64,000 nt of DNA from a virus, in the IMG/VR virus record IMGVR_UViG_3300045988_142756. One strand, 5' to 3'. The first letter of the stretch is position 1; each line of letters begins with the position of its first letter. Position numbers and translations under genes: made by a program. The notes beneath the pieces are model-generated. The model ran no database searches, was not told the origin of the DNA, and worked only from the letters and a program-made list of their open reading frames with translations. Positions 18,317 to 27,931 of the stretch are shown here, in pieces.

Positions 18317-19128
18317 TCGGACAAACAGAATTAAAAAATAAAATAACTACTTGTATAGATAATAATGAGTTACCTAAGTTTATTATTATTGAAGGACAAG
18401 AAGGTTCTGGAAGGAGAACTATTGCTAAGTTTATTGCAAAGTTACTCTGTTGTCCATATACTGAATTTTCTACAAAAGTAGAAGATATAAGAAGTTTAAT
18501 TAGTTTATGTTATTCACAAACATCTCCGATAGTATATTGTATTGCTAATGGTGAGAATTTATCATTAAACGCTAAAAATGCGTTATTGAAAGTTGCTGAG
18601 GAACCACCTAAATTTGCAACTATTATTTTAACTACAACAGGTAGTGGAATGATTGATACAATTAGAAGCAGAGCAGTAACTTTTACAATGCAACCATATT
18701 CAGAGAAACAGTTAGAGAAATATATAACTGACAATGGCTTGCATAATGACATCTTAAAATTAGCAAATAATATCGGAGAATGTAATGAATTATCAACTAT
18801 AAATATAACTGAAATAAATGATTTGGTTGATAATATTATAACTAACATACATAGGGCAACGATAGGAAATTGCTTAAAATTAACTTCTAAATTTGCACTT
18901 AAAGATGATACTGTTGGTATAAATATAAAGTATTTTGTTAGAGCGTTTTCATATAGATTAGTTGAAAAAACACTTAAAGCAAAAGATATCAAAGAAGCAT
19001 CGGCGTACAATAAATTATTAGAAGCCCTATACAAAGCAAACAGAGAATTATCTACTGGTTATAATAAATCTTCTATTATGGATAATTTATTTTTAACAGT
19101 AAAAGAGGTATTAGATGGAATTATTTGA
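18307..19128 (+). CDS. holB: clamp loader delta-prime-like subunit
   Basis: IIIEGQEGSGRRT degenerate P-loop, LLKVAEEPP and IRSRAVTF motifs. Confidence 0.65.
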   Translation: MQIIGQTELKNKITTCIDNNELPKFIIIEGQEGSGRRTIAKFIAKLLCCPYTEFSTKVEDIRSLISLCYSQTSPIVYCIANGENLSLNAKNALLKVAEEPPKFATIILTTTGSGMIDTIRSRAVTFTMQPYSEKQLEKYITDNGLHNDILKLANNIGECNELSTINITEINDLVDNIITNIHRATIGNCLKLTSKFALKDDTVGINIKYFVRAFSYRLVEKTLKAKDIKEASAYNKLLEALYKANRELSTGYNKSSIMDNLFLTVKEVLDGII

Positions 19129-20035
19129 GTATCAACAAAAAATAATAAATAAAAAAATACCCAAAAATAGTTTATTTATCGGTGATGAATGTAATATAAT
19201 AAACTTGTATATAGAGCAAATATGTAAATATATGGGCTTAACAAGATGTGATATTGAATCTGCGTCAACCGTTCTAATGCCACAAAAAACAATTTCTCTG
19301 TTAGGTGATAAATTATTATACGTTTGTAAATATGATAAATCAATTACAACAGCAGAAAAATTATGGCAAAATGTAAAATATTTAGGTACAAATTATCTTG
19401 TACTTATTTATACAACAATTGATAAACGAGGTAAATTTTATAATTATTTTAAGGATAACATAGTTGAATTTACTGAACAAGATGATAAGACATTAAAAAT
19501 TATGTTAAATAATCAGCATAGTTTATGTGAAGGGGCAGTAAACAGGCTTATAAAAGGTTGTCAAAATAATTATGGAAAATGCTTATTAGAATTAGATAAA
19601 ATAAGTAAATTATCAAAAGTAAGAAATATTTCACAAGACGACGCGTATAAAGCATTATTAAGAGATAACGCTATATACGAAGAAAGTAATAACAATATAG
19701 ATATATTTGTTAATGCAGTTCTTAACAGAACTACTGACGCATATAAACAGTATGATTTATTAAAACGACAAAATGAAAGTAATATACAAATAATAGGTTG
19801 GTTGTATAATGGATTTAGAACTCAACTTATTGTAGAAACCGTAAAAACACCTAACACTGAAAGCACTGGATTAAATTATTATTTCATAAAACAAGCATTA
19901 GACAGAAGGAAAAACTATTCAATTAAAGAACTTGAAAACGCATTAACAGTAATTAGAAACACTGAACAAGGGATAAAAAATGGCAGTATAGATGAAAGTA
20001 TAAGTATTGATTATATACTGTCAATGGTAATGTAA
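19115..20035 (+). CDS. possible clamp loader delta-like subunit
   Basis: Position directly after the gamma and delta-prime genes, and its size (306 aa). No strong motif. Confidence 0.35.
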   Translation: MELFEYQQKIINKKIPKNSLFIGDECNIINLYIEQICKYMGLTRCDIESASTVLMPQKTISLLGDKLLYVCKYDKSITTAEKLWQNVKYLGTNYLVLIYTTIDKRGKFYNYFKDNIVEFTEQDDKTLKIMLNNQHSLCEGAVNRLIKGCQNNYGKCLLELDKISKLSKVRNISQDDAYKALLRDNAIYEESNNNIDIFVNAVLNRTTDAYKQYDLLKRQNESNIQIIGWLYNGFRTQLIVETVKTPNTESTGLNYYFIKQALDRRKNYSIKELENALTVIRNTEQGIKNGSIDESISIDYILSMVM

Positions 20036-20313
20036 TGCAAAGGAATAATGTTGTGAATTTACTTTCGAGATTAAAAAATAGTGTTGACCCAACTGTTAGA
20101 CAAATACTCGAACAAGCCTTAACGGAGATTAAATCTGCTCCAAAAGAGTATGATAAATGTTTACGCTGTGGTAAAAAATTAACTACACCTGAATCTCGCA
20201 GACGCGGTTATGGTGCAGAATGCTATATGAAACTAATAGAAAGCAGACATCACAAGAATTCATTGATATCAGGTGTGGAAAATGTTGACAGCGGAACAGC
20301 AAAAGATTGTTGA
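20035..20313 (+). CDS. small zinc-ribbon protein (DUF6011-like), paralog of the 15849 C-terminus
   Basis: CLRCGKKLTTPESRRRGYGAECYMK. Confidence 0.5.
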   Translation: MQRNNVVNLLSRLKNSVDPTVRQILEQALTEIKSAPKEYDKCLRCGKKLTTPESRRRGYGAECYMKLIESRHHKNSLISGVENVDSGTAKDC

Positions 20314-20845
20314 GGACAATATAAATCTTGTATATAGTATAGCCCATAAATATCATAATCAACGATTATTCGATGATATGATACAAGAAGGTTGTGTTGG
20401 TTTAATTAAAGCAGTAGAAAGATTTGATACTAATCTCGGAATAAAATTTAGTACATTTGCATATTATTATATATCTGGTTATATAAATATGTTTTTACGA
20501 AGAGATTGCGTTATAAAACCAGTTACACGACAGGCTAAGGTAGATATGCCAGATATATGTGAATTACCTGAGAATGTAGCATTTGAAGAAAATTATGATA
20601 ATATTGATACGTTTATATGTAATGACATATTTAATGCAATATCTGATTTCCAAAAATTCATATTAGTAATGCTTAAAGAGGGTTTTACACAAGAAGATAT
20701 TGCTGCTGCAACAGGTAAGACACAATGTAAAATAAGTCAGGAGCTACAAGCAGTTAGGAATAATCCTACTGTTTTAGAAATAGCATCAAAATTTTATAGT
20801 GAAGGAGAATTGCTAAATGGCAGAAGAACAAGAAGTAAAAGTTAA
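20282..20845 (+). CDS. sigma-70 family RNA polymerase sigma factor
   Basis: Region 2 MIQEGCVGLIKAVERFDTNLGIKFSTFAYYYISGYI. Region 4 HTH FTQEDIAAATGKTQCKISQELQAV. ATG at 20282 follows an AGGTG RBS. Confidence 0.8.
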   Translation: MLTAEQQKIVEDNINLVYSIAHKYHNQRLFDDMIQEGCVGLIKAVERFDTNLGIKFSTFAYYYISGYINMFLRRDCVIKPVTRQAKVDMPDICELPENVAFEENYDNIDTFICNDIFNAISDFQKFILVMLKEGFTQEDIAAATGKTQCKISQELQAVRNNPTVLEIASKFYSEGELLNGRRTRSKS

Positions 20846-21341
20846 TGAGCCAAAAAAGCGTGGTAGACCAGCAAAGGTAAAAACACCCGACACTGATACG
20901 ACTAAAAAGGCAGTTAGCGACAATGTAGCAAAAGAAGAAACTATTCCTATTGAAAAGGAAGAAGAAGTAGTTATAGTTACAGAACCAAAAGAATCTTATG
21001 ATGTAGGCCCTGAAAATATAATCAACGATATACCAGAAGAATCTGAGATAATTGAAGTAGAAGAAGTTATTGATGAGACTGATGGATATACTTTGAATTA
21101 TAAATTTAGAAGAGGCGAAACTGTATGGGTTGCTAATTGGGGTCATAAGTTAGAAACTGACATCTACGGTTTTTGTAAAGATATTTGGAAATTTAGACCA
21201 CTTAAGTTAACTGTTAAAAGTATAATTCTCGAAGATAGATTATTTTATAAATTCTTTGGCTATGATAAGCAAGTAGAAGAATCTCACATTAAACGAAATT
21301 ACGACCAGTGTAAAAATTTGTGTGACGGGTTGAATTTATAA
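20817..21341 (+). CDS. hypothetical protein with N-terminal AT-hook (KKRGRPAK)
   Basis: GRP AT-hook core followed by an acidic linker. RBS GAAGGAG. Confidence 0.55.
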   Translation: MAEEQEVKVNEPKKRGRPAKVKTPDTDTTKKAVSDNVAKEETIPIEKEEEVVIVTEPKESYDVGPENIINDIPEESEIIEVEEVIDETDGYTLNYKFRRGETVWVANWGHKLETDIYGFCKDIWKFRPLKLTVKSIILEDRLFYKFFGYDKQVEESHIKRNYDQCKNLCDGLNL

Positions 21342-22159
21342 TGTCAGAAGAAAATAAATCTATAATTGTAGATGATAGATTAAATAGAATTCGAGAGTTA
21401 TATAATAATGTACAGGTTGACACAACTGACTTAACAGACAGTCTACTTGCTCAGATATATACTGCTGCTCGTAAATGCAAAGTTCAAAATATTACAAATT
21501 TAGCATTGACCCTGAATTGGTCAAACAGTAAATTACAATATTATAAAGAAACATTTCCAGAAGTAGCAACTATAATTCAATTAGGGTTTGTAGATGGCAG
21601 AGCAGATATGGAAGAAAAATTAACTAAGACATTATACGACTCTGCTGTTGGAAATCATATAATTGTAGATGAACAAGTTGACGAAGATGAAATAATTGAC
21701 TTTAAGACAGGAATTAAAACAGGTACAAAGCGAAAGATAAAAACAATTACAAAAAGGTTACCACCAAATCCAAATGCGGCATTAGAACTGCTTAAACGGA
21801 TAAATCCTGCTGATTGGAATGTTATATCATCTGTTGTAAATAATAACTATAACACTGTAAATTTTAACGCTGTAGACGATATAAACGTTAAAATTGATTA
21901 TCGTAAATTAAGTCCTGAAACGATAGCAGAGATTATAGAAAGTGAAAAAGGCGACGGGTCAAATATAGAAGTAAACAAAACCGAAGACGGTGTAACATTA
22001 TCTTATTTGAAAGAGTATAGAGAAAAACAAGCAAATAAGGTTATGGAAAAACCAGAAGATAAACCAAAAAGAGGAAGACCTAAAGAAGTAGATGAACCAC
22101 AACCATTACCGAAAAAAAGAGGTCGACCTAAGAAAATTAAAATTGAGGAGAATAAATAA
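21341..22159 (+). CDS. DNA-binding protein, possibly terminase small subunit-like, with two C-terminal AT-hooks
   Basis: The N-terminal HTH-like region resembles small terminase proteins, recalled from memory. KPKRGRPKE and KKRGRPKK at the C-terminus. Confidence 0.35.
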   Translation: MSEENKSIIVDDRLNRIRELYNNVQVDTTDLTDSLLAQIYTAARKCKVQNITNLALTLNWSNSKLQYYKETFPEVATIIQLGFVDGRADMEEKLTKTLYDSAVGNHIIVDEQVDEDEIIDFKTGIKTGTKRKIKTITKRLPPNPNAALELLKRINPADWNVISSVVNNNYNTVNFNAVDDINVKIDYRKLSPETIAEIIESEKGDGSNIEVNKTEDGVTLSYLKEYREKQANKVMEKPEDKPKRGRPKEVDEPQPLPKKRGRPKKIKIEENK

Positions 22160-22160
22160 T

Positions 22161-22844
22161 ATGGCAATGACAAAAGAACAATTAGAATATCAACTTGAAA
22201 GAATTGATAATGTTTTGAAAAATTCGTCTATTTCAGAAGATGATAAAACAATGCTTGAACAACAAAAAGTACAACTTCAAGAACGACTTGACGCAATGTT
22301 GCCGAAAGAAGAAGTTAAACAAAAAGAGCAGGTAGAAATTGTCGAACAAGTTGAAGTTAAAGAACCTGTTATCGAAGATACACAAGAAGAACAAAAAACC
22401 TACGAACAGAAAGTCGACGAATTTATAAATAATGTTAAAGTAGAAATTGACGCACCCGAAGTAGACGAAAATGGTGATGTATCCTATTTATCTGAATTAA
22501 AGCATAATGTTAAGAATTATCAAGAGCAAATGCAAGAACAGGTAGAAAGTATTTCAACAGAAATTGAAGCACAAGAAATTATTATTTCTTTAATTGAAAA
22601 AGAATTAGAGGTTACGGAAGCCGGCAAGATTGCAGAAGCGTTAAAAGATGATGTAAAAACAAGAAAGAACATTGTAAATCATACACATAAAGCAATAGCA
22701 GCATATAGTGAAAAACTTAAACTGTATGATGATATTATGGCATTTATTGATACAGATTATGATAAGTTAGTACTTATTGATAAATATTTTAACGCACCAT
22801 TACAGTTACAAGAAACTTTGGATTTCTTTAACAATATTAAATAA
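22161..22844 (+). CDS. acidic coiled-coil protein
   Basis: The ATG at 22161 follows a GAGGAG RBS. The ORF-track start at 22092 lies inside the previous gene. Confidence 0.5.
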   Translation: MAMTKEQLEYQLERIDNVLKNSSISEDDKTMLEQQKVQLQERLDAMLPKEEVKQKEQVEIVEQVEVKEPVIEDTQEEQKTYEQKVDEFINNVKVEIDAPEVDENGDVSYLSELKHNVKNYQEQMQEQVESISTEIEAQEIIISLIEKELEVTEAGKIAEALKDDVKTRKNIVNHTHKAIAAYSEKLKLYDDIMAFIDTDYDKLVLIDKYFNAPLQLQETLDFFNNIK

Positions 22845-22868
22845 TATAAATGAATCTGTAATATAATA

Positions 22869-22897
22869 ATTGTATAGTCATAATTTGGCTATACAAT
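22869..22897 (+). terminator. intergenic hairpin (9-bp stem ATTGTATAG/CTATACAAT)
   Basis: Perfect inverted repeat followed by a T-rich sequence. Confidence 0.4.
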
Positions 22898-22918
22898 TTA
22901 TATTATAGGTAATTAAAT

Positions 22919-23491
22919 ATGGCAGAAGATAATTATGTGAGTCTAATCGGAAGATTAGAAAAGGCTTATTACGAAGATTTAATAAAAGATAGAATAATAT
23001 ATAACTTAAATGTTATTAGAAAAAGTGGTACATCAGATATGATACCAGTGGCGTTTACTAATCAAATGCCATTAAATAACGAAATAATTAAAATATCAGG
23101 TACTATACAAACATATATTGACTATAAATTAGTTACAGGCAAAAAAGTATTCACATATATTGATAATACTACGGTATATGAATTAACTGATAATGAAACA
23201 AGTAATAATTTCATTTCGGTCATAGGACGAGTTATAAAAGAACCTTGGTATCGTACGACACCTATGGGAAAGATATTAGTTGAAATGCCTGTTATTATAG
23301 ATGGTAATCTTATCCATTGTGTAGCGTGGAAAGAACTTGCTGTTCATTGCAATAATATTCATAAAGACGATATCGTTAAAGTTAAAGGCCGGTTACAAAG
23401 CAGGGAATATACAAAAGAAGGTAAACTTATTATTGCGTATGAAATAAGTAGTAAGTATATAGAAAAATATAATGAGAGTAAAAAGAATTGA
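22919..23491 (+). CDS. OB-fold SSB-like protein (two OB-like halves)
   Basis: VSLIGRLEK... and ISVIGRVIKEPWYRTTPMGK...VKVKGRLQSREY resemble bacterial SSB/PriB strands. Confidence 0.5.
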   Translation: MAEDNYVSLIGRLEKAYYEDLIKDRIIYNLNVIRKSGTSDMIPVAFTNQMPLNNEIIKISGTIQTYIDYKLVTGKKVFTYIDNTTVYELTDNETSNNFISVIGRVIKEPWYRTTPMGKILVEMPVIIDGNLIHCVAWKELAVHCNNIHKDDIVKVKGRLQSREYTKEGKLIIAYEISSKYIEKYNESKKN

Positions 23492-23816
23492 AAAAGATAA
23501 ATATACGGTCTATATTTACAATAATTTATATACTATATGCTTTGTCAGTTCTGATTTGTCTTATAAAAATGAGCAAGTAAAAGCATATATACAGTATAAA
23601 GACCGTACAATATATATAGATAATAGAATATCAAAAGAAAGTGAGGAACATTGTCTTATACACGAATTAACTCACGCTGTGATATATGAAACTCAAATAA
23701 TGCCTATTTTGCAATATAATGAAGAACATTTATGTGAACTAATGGCACTATATGGTAAATTTATAATAAATTTATCAAATAAAATAATTTCGCTGAGGAA
23801 AAGATATGATAATTAA
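23472..23816 (+). CDS. ImmA/IrrE-like zinc metallopeptidase
   Basis: HELTHAV (HExxH) in a ~110-aa protein. Confidence 0.5.
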   Translation: MRVKRIEKDKYTVYIYNNLYTICFVSSDLSYKNEQVKAYIQYKDRTIYIDNRISKESEEHCLIHELTHAVIYETQIMPILQYNEEHLCELMALYGKFIINLSNKIISLRKRYDN

Positions 23817-24111
23817 AATTAACTATGATAATAGCAATAAAGATGGTTATTATTATTCCGGTTTTGCTATTGTAAAGAAACACAAGATTCAAAAACAAGT
23901 TAAAAAAGATTTAGTTCAAAGATTAAAGGAATACAAAGAAGAATTTGAACTTATAACCGAAGTTGGTATAACTTACGACGGCATTAAATATACTCCACAA
24001 GTACAAATAATGGCAATCGCAAGTGATAAAGCAATACAGTGGATTATTAAGAGATTAAATGACGAATTAGTATGTGATTATATAAATCAAGTAGAAGTTT
24101 TTCTTAAATAA
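23806..24111 (+). CDS. hypothetical protein
   Basis: ORF in operon context, overlapping the upstream stop. Confidence 0.5.
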   Translation: MIIKINYDNSNKDGYYYSGFAIVKKHKIQKQVKKDLVQRLKEYKEEFELITEVGITYDGIKYTPQVQIMAIASDKAIQWIIKRLNDELVCDYINQVEVFLK

Positions 24112-24122
24112 TAAAAAAAATT

Positions 24123-24153
24123 AGTAAGATTATAAAAAAATCTTACTTTTTTA
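24123..24153 (+). terminator. rho-independent terminator
   Basis: 8-bp stem AGTAAGAT/ATCTTACT followed by a T6 run. Confidence 0.7.
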
Positions 24154-24156
24154 TTA

Positions 24157-24244
24157 AAAATAGTTTACAAAATTAAAAAAATAATATATAATATAATTGT
24201 AAATAAGGAAAGGGCAATACCCAAAGGAGTTAAAAATGAAAGTA
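24157..24244 (+). repeat. promoter-leader-start cassette, copy A (about 90 percent identical to 38981-39069)
   Basis: The first ~51 nt are identical to copy B. Both copies have the same GGGCAAnACCC hairpin, AAGGAGTTAAAAATGAAAGTA RBS/start and MKV N-terminus. Confidence 0.85.
24164..24192 (+). promoter_or_regulatory. sigma-70-like promoter TTTACA-17-TATAAT
   Basis: TTTACA at 24164-24169 and TATAAT at 24187-24192, followed by TTGTAAATAAGGA. Confidence 0.65.
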
Positions 24245-24559
24245 GCAGATATGAACGTAAGACAAAAGAAAGCATTCTACAATATTAAGTGGGCAGCAAA
24301 CGATTTACTCGGTGGTCTTGAAAACACAATGTTGGATTATTCCAAAGACGACGAAGAATATAAAAGTGCAGAAGCATTGTTGCACGACCACAAAGAACTT
24401 GTCAATAGACTTTACGAAATGGCAACAACGGCTATATATGATGAAGGATTTTGTGGATTCGGCAGACAACACCAGATGGCAATACGTGATATTAACTTCT
24501 GTGGAAAGGAATGGTTGATGGAACGTTGTGAAAAACGTATCACGAAAGAAGGATATTAA
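24236..24559 (+). CDS. hypothetical protein
   Basis: AAAGGAG RBS. First gene of the higher-GC accessory cluster. Confidence 0.6.
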   Translation: MKVADMNVRQKKAFYNIKWAANDLLGGLENTMLDYSKDDEEYKSAEALLHDHKELVNRLYEMATTAIYDEGFCGFGRQHQMAIRDINFCGKEWLMERCEKRITKEGY

Positions 24560-24607
24560 AACAAGCCGCCCGCCCGTGGGCATTATACGCGGGCAAAGGA
24601 GAAAGAT

Positions 24608-24958
24608 ATGAAAACAGCAGATTATTACATCGGTAGAGGGTTGTTGCACACCGAAAAATTAAAGATTGCAGAAAAGTATAGAGGCAAACCGCTTGTAGAT
24701 TTTGAGGGCGCAACGGAGCATAAGGGCGTTGCAGAAATAAGGCTTTGCCCGTATATGTATTATTGCTATATCCACGAAGAAATGGGTTGGGGCAAAATGA
24801 GAGATTACGAGCGTCCAATCCGTGAACAATGGATAAAAGATGGCATTTTGAAAAATGGCAGTTATCCCGAATTTACGGCAAAGGGCTTGAAATTTGTTGA
24901 GTATGTTTTGAAATGGGCATATCCGCAAGATTATGCTCAAATGGTACTCGGTCAATAA
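24608..24958 (+). CDS. hypothetical protein
   Basis: AAAGGAG RBS preceded by a GC-rich hairpin. Confidence 0.6.
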   Translation: MKTADYYIGRGLLHTEKLKIAEKYRGKPLVDFEGATEHKGVAEIRLCPYMYYCYIHEEMGWGKMRDYERPIREQWIKDGILKNGSYPEFTAKGLKFVEYVLKWAYPQDYAQMVLGQ

Positions 24959-25043
24959 CAATAAACCGCGCCCGGGCGGTAGCGGGTAATCTACCGCAAA
25001 CAACCTTACAAATAACAATTTATAAAACAAGGAAATATAAACT

Positions 25044-25430
25044 ATGAAAAACACTTACTCAATTGAAGCAATTAAAAAATTTATTGATGATGTAATCACA
25101 AAATATAATATCGACCGTAACGAACTCGATAATCAAGGAGCCGTGTATTATTGTAACGGCAATGACAGTACTTGGTTTGATTATATTGCAAATGGTCGCA
25201 CCTGCGAATTCTATGTCTATTGGAAAAATGGTGACGGTGCAATAAAAACTACTGTAACTGAAGAAATTATTCATTGTTACATTTACCCACAAGATAATCC
25301 GTATGGAGGAAAATATATCGAAGAAGAAGACGACAGCCCGTTTAATCTTAAACAACTTTGCAAAAAACTCGAAAAAGCGTTCGATGATAAAGGTATCTGG
25401 GATATGGCAATAAAAGACTGGGTACTGTAA
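25044..25430 (+). CDS. hypothetical protein
   Basis: AAGGA RBS. Intact ORF. Confidence 0.55.
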   Translation: MKNTYSIEAIKKFIDDVITKYNIDRNELDNQGAVYYCNGNDSTWFDYIANGRTCEFYVYWKNGDGAIKTTVTEEIIHCYIYPQDNPYGGKYIEEEDDSPFNLKQLCKKLEKAFDDKGIWDMAIKDWVL

Positions 25431-25458
25431 AATAAAACAGTAAGAGATAATATTAAAA

Positions 25459-25489
25459 TTTACATTTTGTAAAATTTGTAAAGTATATT
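25459..25489 (+). promoter_or_regulatory. promoter-like TTTACA-19-TATATT
   Basis: TTTACA at 25459-25464 and AGTATATT ending at 25489. Confidence 0.4.
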
Positions 25490-25509
25490 TAATCAAAGGA
25501 GTAGGAACT

Positions 25510-25833
25510 ATGAAAACATTATTGGATATCTTAGAGTTAGTAATCAGTGAAAATTACGATGACAAAATCGACGCGGTTAATGACATTAAAGACATAATCG
25601 AGGAACTTAAATCGGATACACCGAAAGAAGTTAAACATAGTTTACAAAGTTGGTCTAAAAATAAATTAAAAGATTTACAGCAAGGTCTTATTGAAAATGG
25701 ACGTTGTCCTGATTGTGGAGAAGAACTCGACGCATTTGTTGATACCCACGTTGGTTACATCGATGGTAGCCCTGCTTACGAGGTCAGTGAAGTCAGGGGT
25801 CATTATTGCCCCGAATGTGGTTGGGAAGAATAA
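25510..25833 (+). CDS. zinc-ribbon protein
   Basis: CPDCGEEL...CPECGWEE. AAAGGAG RBS. Confidence 0.6.
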   Translation: MKTLLDILELVISENYDDKIDAVNDIKDIIEELKSDTPKEVKHSLQSWSKNKLKDLQQGLIENGRCPDCGEELDAFVDTHVGYIDGSPAYEVSEVRGHYCPECGWEE

Positions 25834-25845
25834 GGAGACAAAAAA

Positions 25846-26259
25846 ATGACTAAACAAGAACAAATCGAAGAAATGACGAAAATTATACAGCACGAAGAAG
25901 AAATATACCCTTGTGAAGATGATGTCATTGTGAGAATTGCTTTTGCGCTCTACAAAAACACAGCCGAAAAACTTTACAACGCAGGTTATCGCAAAATAAG
26001 GGAAACGAATGAGACACTTGAAGAACAAATCAAGCACCTTAACACGATTGTTGAACGACTTGACGAACTTCTCGGGAAAGGCATAAACGATTATATAATG
26101 GGCATAGACGGCGTTGAAGGCTTAAAGGATATGTGGGAGCGTTCGGCGGTAAAGGCGTTTGCGGAAAAGGCAAAAACGAAGTCTTATGTGAACGACTATT
26201 GCCGTGAAGTTGTAGAAATCGACAAAATTGACGAACTGTTAAAGGAGTATGAAGAATGA
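25846..26259 (+). CDS. hypothetical protein
   Basis: AAGGAG RBS. Confidence 0.55.
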   Translation: MTKQEQIEEMTKIIQHEEEIYPCEDDVIVRIAFALYKNTAEKLYNAGYRKIRETNETLEEQIKHLNTIVERLDELLGKGINDYIMGIDGVEGLKDMWERSAVKAFAEKAKTKSYVNDYCREVVEIDKIDELLKEYEE

Positions 26260-26777
26260 AAATCAAAGACGTTAAAATTGGAAGTAAATTCAAATTTGGG
26301 AAGATAGAGTTTGTAAAACTCGACAATGCTTACGGTGGTTGTTTGTGCCTTGCGACGAACATCTTATTTGAAAACCGCTTTGACGAGTACAGCGAAACCA
26401 ACTGGGAAATATCAACGCTCCGAGAGGAACTTATGAAAGTTATCAGAGATTATATTGACACAAGCGCATTAGTCCCGTTTGACAGAGATTTGACGACCGA
26501 CGACGGAATGACTGATTACGGACATTGCACGGACACTGTATCGCTCTTAACTTGCGACGAATACCGTAAATATAGGAAACGTATCCCGAACTGCTGGGAA
26601 GAGCATTGGACGATTACAGCGGACAGTGTGACATACTCGGACAATGTTCGCGGTGTCTATTCAGACGGTTCACTGGACTACTGCAATGCGTACTACGGGG
26701 TCGGCGGGGTTCGTCCGCTTTGTGTTCTGAAACCTGATACTATTGTGGAGGTGCAAAATGCCGAAGATAAGAGTTGA
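26256..26777 (+). CDS. hypothetical protein (possibly DUF6273-like)
   Basis: The pattern KFGKIEFVKLD...NWEISTLREEL resembles DUF6273, recalled from memory. AAAGGAG RBS. Confidence 0.5.
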   Translation: MKIKDVKIGSKFKFGKIEFVKLDNAYGGCLCLATNILFENRFDEYSETNWEISTLREELMKVIRDYIDTSALVPFDRDLTTDDGMTDYGHCTDTVSLLTCDEYRKYRKRIPNCWEEHWTITADSVTYSDNVRGVYSDGSLDYCNAYYGVGGVRPLCVLKPDTIVEVQNAEDKS

Positions 26778-26970
26778 ACTTGAAGTGCCAAAGAATTGTG
26801 AGTTTTGCAAATATGCAATTTCTCATTATAGCCCTATTTGTGTTAGTTATGTATGCGACCTTTTTAATGAAGAAGTTGGTTTCTCTGCAATAACTTGCAA
26901 TGGGGTATCCAAAGACGAAACGATGTATTATAAATGTGAACAATGCAAACAAGCGGAGGTGGAAGAATGA
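26758..26970 (+). CDS. Cys-rich small protein
   Basis: The ATG at 26758 follows GTGGAGGTG. CEFC...CVSYVC...CEQC. Confidence 0.5.
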   Translation: MPKIRVELEVPKNCEFCKYAISHYSPICVSYVCDLFNEEVGFSAITCNGVSKDETMYYKCEQCKQAEVEE

Positions 26971-27323
26971 AAAAGACAACGATGACACATCAAGACCTTT
27001 TGAAAAAATGGGTTAAAAGGTTGCATTTGGAAGATTGGAACATTATTTTGGAAGACAACATAACGCCCGAAGATTTTACCATAGAGGGGAATTGCGGTGA
27101 ATGTGATTGGCAGGAAGTCAACAAAACTGCGGTTATTCGTATTCTTAACCCTATTTACTACGGAGAAAGAGTTATACCATTCAACTTTGAAAAAACATTG
27201 GTACACGAATTGTTACATATCAAGTTTTGTTTTTTATGGGGAAGCGGAAACGATTTACAAGATAGGATAACACATCAACTAATTAACGATTTAGCAAAAT
27301 CTTTGGTGGAGGTAGAAAAATGA
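26967..27323 (+). CDS. small HExxH protein (putative metallopeptidase-like)
   Basis: VHELLHIKF. ATGA overlap with the upstream stop. Confidence 0.45.
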   Translation: MKKTTMTHQDLLKKWVKRLHLEDWNIILEDNITPEDFTIEGNCGECDWQEVNKTAVIRILNPIYYGERVIPFNFEKTLVHELLHIKFCFLWGSGNDLQDRITHQLINDLAKSLVEVEK

Positions 27324-27928
27324 AATCAGTTTTAATTAGTATTCGCCCGAAACGGGTTGAGAAGATAGCAAGTGGACAAAAGCCAATCGAAGTGCGAAAA
27401 ACTGCACCGCAAGAAGTGCCGTTCAAGGCTTATATCTATTGTTGCAAAGCAAAACCTTATCTTTACAAAGAAGCAAATCCACCTTTCGAGTTGTTTTTAG
27501 ATAGCGAACTATACAAAGGCAAAGGTTATGACGATAGGCTTTTTAGTGGTAAAGTAATCGGCGAGTTTATCTGCGATAAGGTTGACGAATACCCTTATGA
27601 TTATTGCGACGGTGTGGACATTGACGACGATACTATACTGGAAACGGCTATTGACCGTGAAGATATAAACATTTACGCAAAAGGCAAAACCATCTACGGT
27701 TGGCATATCAGCGACTTGAAGATATACGACAGACCGAAAGAGTTAAGCGAATTTAATGCTGTATGTAGGTACATAAATGAGGATAAGTCTTGTCACTTCC
27801 GAAAAGTTATGTGTCCGTATCAACAATTCGATTACAATGAAGATGGAAGTATCAATATTGTAGAATGTAGTCGAGTAATAATCCGTCCCCCGCAATCGTG
27901 GATGCGCGTTGAAGATTTAGGAGATTGA
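27320..27928 (+). CDS. ASCH (PUA-like) domain protein
   Basis: MKSVLISIRPKRVEKIASGQKPIEVRK is a typical ASCH N-terminus. Confidence 0.6.
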   Translation: MKSVLISIRPKRVEKIASGQKPIEVRKTAPQEVPFKAYIYCCKAKPYLYKEANPPFELFLDSELYKGKGYDDRLFSGKVIGEFICDKVDEYPYDYCDGVDIDDDTILETAIDREDINIYAKGKTIYGWHISDLKIYDRPKELSEFNAVCRYINEDKSCHFRKVMCPYQQFDYNEDGSINIVECSRVIIRPPQSWMRVEDLGD

Positions 27929-27931
27929 AGA

